Shown here: positions 32,025-35,467 of the stretch, piece by piece
How positions within the stretch are numbered: position 1 is the stretch's first letter
How the letters are laid out: each line of letters starts with the position of its first letter
Assembly: GCA_026986655.1 (NCBI GenBank)
Contig: JALSOD010000190.1
Coordinates: 1-35,467, forward strand
DNA length: 35,467 nucleotides
Source of the DNA: a candidate division WOR-3 bacterium
GTDB lineage: Bacteria > Hydrothermota > Hydrothermia > B15-G9 > WFZT01
Direction of reading: 5' to 3'
Program-made: the position numbers and the translations under genes
Notes under the pieces: generated by a model
Databases searched by the model: none
Told to the model about the DNA's origin: nothing
Seen by the model: only the letters and a program-made list of their open reading frames with translations

Positions 32025-32651
32025 CTTTCCTCTCATCGATTAAGATTGCTATCTGTGTCAAGACGAAACTCGAAATTAAGACTGGATGAAAGTGAAATAA
32101 CGCCATCATATGTGCCACCATGTTCAGAAAACTCAAAAACACCTTGAAGTATTTTCCGAGAAGTTTCGGAAGGGTGAGTATTTCGTCTCTATCTATGTCC
32201 TTCAGGTCGAAAATTGCGGAGTTTACGAACAGTTTAAGGAAGTAGAAGGAAAATATTGGAAAATCGAACGTTTCGAGGGATAAGGTTATCGACAAACTCC
32301 ACGAAAGTCCTATGACCACATTTTTAACACCGCAACCGGCTTTTAACCTAAACCTTCTCCCCTTAAATTTTAAGCCGTAAGAGTAGAGGAAACCTACGGC
32401 GATTAGAAGTAAAGGAACTATCAAGATACCTCTTACTGCGTAAGCAATTAAGCCGAAGAAGTAAAAAGGATTGAGTGGTAAGTTTTTCCACCGTAGTCCT
32501 CTATTCTGTCAAAGCTGTAAATGCTAAGCGTTAGAAAGAACGCTCCTATTAGTAAAATCGGATCTGGACTTAGAGATAAAAGAATGTACGCGACGTACAA
32601 CCTCATAGCTCCAGAAACGGCAGTTGGTATCGATACAATTACGTTTCTCAT
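31954..32651 (-). pseudogene. UbiA-family prenyltransferase, frameshifted at an A5 run
   Basis: The two track ORFs (32448..32651 and 31954..32424) join if the frame shifts at GGTGGAAAAACTT (T5 on the plus strand, 32483-32487): ...YSFDRIEDYGG | KNLPLNPFYFFGLIAYAVRGILIVPLLLIAVGFLYSYGLKFKG. A second Asp-rich motif, DLKDIDRDEILTLPKLLG, is present. Confidence 0.55.
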
Positions 32652-32691
32652 CTCTCAAATACTTTAATCCATCTTATTGATCTAAATTTCT

Positions 32692-32790
32692 CGACTAAAT
32701 TCTTTAGTTACCATCTAAAAATTTAAGATGCCTACTAAAAATTTAGTTGCCAACTAAATCCTTCAAATGCCGACTAAAATTTTCATTTAA
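32692..32790 (+). repeat. Five tandem ~20-bp direct repeats (core CNNCTAAA-W-rich-TGC)
   Basis: Units: cgaCTAAAttctttagttac, catCTAAAaatttaagatgc, ctaCTAAAaatttagttgc, caaCTAAAtccttcaaatgc, cgaCTAAAattttcatttaa. The CTAAA cores sit at 32695, 32715, 32735, 32754 and 32774. Confidence 0.7.
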
Positions 32791-32848
32791 CGATAAAATA
32801 AAAATTAAATAATTGCTATGTGTAGGTTAAGTTGGTGGTGAAGGAAGT

Positions 32849-33352
32849 ATGCTAAGAAAGTTGTTAGAAGTGCTATTGGTTTTGGTGATGTTGGGAAGCG
32901 TAGTTAGTCCAGCGATGGCAGCAACTGAAAAGATAGACAAAAATACAAGAAAAATAAATATGAGAACAGAAATTTTTAGAGAATTGGATAATTTAAAAGC
33001 AAAGCTTGGGATGCACAACATATTTAAAATAGAAGTGGTGAAAAAATTCAGTAAAAAAGAAGATGTTGAGAAGATTGTTACAAACATCGTCAAGACTAAG
33101 CTTGACAATATAGGGTTAAATAAAAAAGATAAAATTAAAATAATAAAAACTATACAGAATTATCTTAAGTCAAAAAAGCTTAAGTCACCAGTAATTGCGA
33201 AAATTAAATGGCTCCCAGAAGGAGAAGAATCAATTGCCGTATTTGACAACGGTAAAATAGTATTTGACTCCTATACGTGGTTCTATGGAACTAAATTTGT
33301 TGCAAAGAAAAATACAAAGTCCTATGGCAACCAAATCCGTTCACTGGTCTGA
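32849..33352 (+). CDS. Secreted Lys-rich protein (Sec-type signal peptide)
   Basis: MLRKLLEVLLVLVMLGSVVSPAMA|ATEK... GGTGGTGAAGGAAG lies upstream of the ATG. The signal peptide is paralogous to that of 34389..35204 at the nucleotide level (shared GGAAGCGTAGTTAGTCCA). Confidence 0.7.
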   Translation: MLRKLLEVLLVLVMLGSVVSPAMAATEKIDKNTRKINMRTEIFRELDNLKAKLGMHNIFKIEVVKKFSKKEDVEKIVTNIVKTKLDNIGLNKKDKIKIIKTIQNYLKSKKLKSPVIAKIKWLPEGEESIAVFDNGKIVFDSYTWFYGTKFVAKKNTKSYGNQIRSLV

Positions 33353-34064
33353 TCATATGCCTCTCCACAAAGTAGTTGATATTTATAACATCTATGGAGT
33401 AAAGATAGCCACTTGGACATACTATGTTGACATTCTTACCGAGATATCCCCATCAAGTCAAATAGAACTTAGTGGAACTGGCTACATAGATGGGTCAGTA
33501 AAAGTGAAGATATCGACAGAGGGTTTCACCATAAATAAACCAGCTGTATTAATTGGGGATGGAGCATCAAGCGGTTACGCCTTTAACACATACGAATATG
33601 TTATAAAAGTAAAAATTACTACGCCAAATCAAGATTTAACGGACATAAATAAATACGACCACTTTGCAGCTGGAACAGGTTCAAGAATTGATGCCAATAA
33701 TGGAGAGGATTCGGCAAGCGTGTCCATAGGTGTTAGTTTGGGGCCGTTTAGTGTTACTAACACTCCAAATAATAACTTTGTGAAAGCGGAGGCTGGGGAT
33801 ACTTACGGTAGATATATAAAGATCATAAACAAATACAACCCATGGCATTTAACACATTTAGGTAACGATGTTGGAGTATATTTTGATGGTGGTGAAATGG
33901 GTTACAGCTTAAAATTTAGGGTAGGAGATAGCCTAAATCCAAGTTTAGGGACGGTCGATGTAACATATAAGATAAATTATATTGCAGTGCTTGGGGCTGT
34001 AGAATTCCACAGCGTAGCCTCTCCAGATACATATACAGCACATTTAGAGTTCATGAGAGGTTGA
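33264..34064 (+). CDS. Beta-rich hypothetical protein; start unclear, possibly the frameshifted continuation of 32849..33352
   Basis: Long ORF in the +1 frame that overlaps the previous ORF by 89 nt. None of the candidate Mets (33324, 33357) has an SD-like site. An A5 run at 33308-33312 lies in the overlap. Confidence 0.55.
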   Translation: MTPIRGSMELNLLQRKIQSPMATKSVHWSDHMPLHKVVDIYNIYGVKIATWTYYVDILTEISPSSQIELSGTGYIDGSVKVKISTEGFTINKPAVLIGDGASSGYAFNTYEYVIKVKITTPNQDLTDINKYDHFAAGTGSRIDANNGEDSASVSIGVSLGPFSVTNTPNNNFVKAEAGDTYGRYIKIINKYNPWHLTHLGNDVGVYFDGGEMGYSLKFRVGDSLNPSLGTVDVTYKINYIAVLGAVEFHSVASPDTYTAHLEFMRG

Positions 34065-34069
34065 GAAAT

Positions 34070-34402
34070 ATGATCAAATATCCAAAAATGGTCGTGTACT
34101 CTATAATTTTTTTGAATATCGTTATATTTTTGACGTCTATATTATATATTCCAAAACTCTTTAAATTTTCTATCTTATTTTCGTTATCTTCTATAGCTTT
34201 TATGTGTTTATACTTCAATGATAAAAAATTATTAGAAATATTAATTATTTTTATTATAATAATATTATTCGAATTTTTCTTGATAGATATTTTTCCGATA
34301 ATATCTGTTGGTATAGTTATATCTGTCATCGTATTTCCAATATTTTGTGGAGTGTTATGTCTTAAGAAAATCATGTCCGGTGACTGTAATGAAACGGGTT
34401 AG
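34070..34402 (+). CDS. Small 3-TM membrane protein in a very AT-rich segment
   Basis: MIKYPKMVVYSIIFLNIVIFLTSILYI...FSILFSLSSIAFMCLYF...LIIFIIIILFEFFLIDIFPIISVGIVISVIVFPIFCGVL. It starts 6 nt after the previous stop and overlaps the next gene's start. Confidence 0.5.
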   Translation: MIKYPKMVVYSIIFLNIVIFLTSILYIPKLFKFSILFSLSSIAFMCLYFNDKKLLEILIIFIIIILFEFFLIDIFPIISVGIVISVIVFPIFCGVLCLKKIMSGDCNETG

Positions 34403-35204
34403 GTTGTTGGTAGGAGTGTTGTTGGTTTTATTAATGCTCGGAAGCGTAGTTAGTCCAACGTTAGCTGTGAATGTCGAACAAAAGACTCCAGCATGTCCAA
34501 GTTGCTCAGAAGCTGTAACTGGAAAGTCAAAGATTGTAGTAATTGAAGCTAAAGGAATAGAGAGAAATACAATTCTTGCTAAGGCTTTGAAAAGTGAAGA
34601 TATGAGGAAAATTATGGACGAACTTACCAAGAAAGGTTACACTCTTAACCTATCGAGTGCCAAGATTGGTAAAATTATCACACAAAATCGCATAGCTGAG
34701 GTTGCGGTAATACCGATGAAGTCGAAGCAAGGGGAAGTTAGGTTGATCTATGTCTCAGTGAATGGAACTGTAAAAGTAAGAGCTGTTGAGGCTATTGAGA
34801 AAAGCGATCCAAAGCAAATTATAGTTTACCGCATAGAGAACGGAAAAATTGAAAGCTATGCCTTGCAAATTAAAGGAGAAGGATGTACAGAGACTTGCGG
34901 ACTTATCTGTGGGATGTCAAGCGCAACCATATGTTTAATTTTGTGCGCAGTCGTTGCAGATAATCCGGCGTGTGATATCGGATGCTCAATTGTTATGGGT
35001 GGCATTTGCGGTGCTGTGTGTGACCAGTGGTGCACAGGAAACATTAATCCATGTGATGCTGGGTGTGGAGCATTTTGTTCGGGAATGTGCGCAGGAGTAT
35101 GTATTGGTATAACTAAGTGGCTAGGAGTGCCAGAGCTCACGTACTTCTGCGAGAAATACGCGTGTTCTCCAGCTTGTACTGGAGTCTGTGAGGTAATATG
35201 TTGA
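34389..35204 (+). CDS. Secreted precursor-like protein with a C-terminal 106-aa Cys/Gly-rich hydrophobic domain (20 Cys, 13 CxxxC intervals)
   Basis: MKRVRLLVGVLLVLLMLGSVVSPTLA|VNVEQ... is a signal peptide; the Met at 34389 is preferred over the track start at 34347. The C-terminus (34884-35201) reads CTETCGLICGMSSATICLILCAVVADNPACDIGCSIVMGGICGAVCDQWCTGNINPCDAGCGAFCSGMCAGVCIGITKWLGVPELTYFCEKYACSPACTGVCEVIC. Confidence 0.75.
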   Translation: MKRVRLLVGVLLVLLMLGSVVSPTLAVNVEQKTPACPSCSEAVTGKSKIVVIEAKGIERNTILAKALKSEDMRKIMDELTKKGYTLNLSSAKIGKIITQNRIAEVAVIPMKSKQGEVRLIYVSVNGTVKVRAVEAIEKSDPKQIIVYRIENGKIESYALQIKGEGCTETCGLICGMSSATICLILCAVVADNPACDIGCSIVMGGICGAVCDQWCTGNINPCDAGCGAFCSGMCAGVCIGITKWLGVPELTYFCEKYACSPACTGVCEVIC

Positions 35205-35467
35205 GCAAAAAGGATTTTTTAATTTTTCTTTTAAATTTTGGGGCAGGTTTGGCCGTGCTGATGGTAGCATTTCACTACTTTCTGTCTTTACCGGTTGAGA
35301 GTAGTTTCGTTGCGGCTTTGATCTTGTCTTTAGTTCTTGACGTTGCGTACATTCTAAACAAGAAAGTTAGGCGGATAAGGAGAGGGGACAAGGTAGTTTT
35401 AGTTATGCTAACATTGGTTTGTCTGGTTTACGGAACTCTTGCAATCCACCACATTTTCGTTCTATCA
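35198..35467 (+). CDS. Membrane protein (partial, runs off the window), translationally coupled to the Cys-rich gene
   Basis: ATG 35198 overlaps the TGA at 35202-35204. It reads MLSKKDFLIFLLNFGAGLAVLMVAFHYFLSLPVESSFVAALILSLVLDVAYILNKKVRRIRRGDKVVLVMLTLVCLVYGTLAIHHIFVLS..., 90 codons open to the window end. Confidence 0.6.
   Translation, partial: MLSKKDFLIFLLNFGAGLAVLMVAFHYFLSLPVESSFVAALILSLVLDVAYILNKKVRRIRRGDKVVLVMLTLVCLVYGTLAIHHIFVLS

Noticed and set aside
34051-34374. 107-aa minus-strand ORF in the AT-rich segment, and the 94-aa minus-strand ORF 34856..35140.
   Set aside because: The first is the Asn/Ile/Lys-rich antisense of the 3-TM ORF. The second is the His/Pro-rich antisense of the Cys-rich domain (GCA/TGT codons read backwards). 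Neither has start-site support.
1-35467. Integrase, transposase, tRNA or rRNA genes that would define a classical integrated element.
   Set aside because: None was recognisable on either strand. The accessory character of the region rests on gene content and repeat scars only.

Overview
This 35.5 kb window looks like an accessory-rich region of a hyperthermophilic euryarchaeon. I infer an Archaeoglobales-like origin from a NadX-type aspartate dehydrogenase in a nadA-nadX-nadC operon, Lys/Glu/Ile-rich proteins and archaeal-type families (Arch-ATPase, DUF1922, DUF1724, UPF0175/DUF3368 pairs); this is not verified. I found no rRNA, tRNA, CRISPR array, integrase or transposase.

Layout:
- 1-1261: an HTH-cupin-methyltransferase-like gene that runs off the left edge.
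- 1719-3300: a small Zn-ribbon/coiled-coil gene divergent from an archaeal AAA+ ATPase gene. Decayed copies of this module recur at about 27250-27704, 27950-28122 and 29325-29601.
- 3357-5832: the nadA-nadX-nadC operon.
- 5980-8280: a patch of disrupted genes.
- 7040-10239: three UPF0175/DUF3368-PIN toxin-antitoxin pairs.
- 11957-23197: the centrepiece, a tightly packed, single-strand RM-like defence operon. Its order is wHTH, EVE, DUF499 P-loop ATPase, 123-aa ORF, VapBC, DUF1156 Zn-ribbon DNA methyltransferase, a second EVE-like protein, then an SNF2 helicase with a DUF3883 nuclease-like C-terminus.
- 23289-27704: small regulators and membrane proteins.
- 28178-30898: RelE and VapBC modules.
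- 32849-35467: a cluster of secreted and membrane proteins. It ends in a 285-aa precursor-like protein whose last 106 residues hold 20 cysteines, mostly spaced CxxxC.

Non-coding structure that gene calls do not explain:
- A 44-bp palindromic element, CTTACCTAAC-N24-GTTAGGTAAG, in at least 8 dispersed copies.
- A run of six G-tracts followed by a 12-bp-stem GC hairpin.
- Five tandem copies of a roughly 20-bp repeat.
- Several gene disruptions located at homopolymer runs.

All functional calls come from motif recognition by eye. No database search was run.
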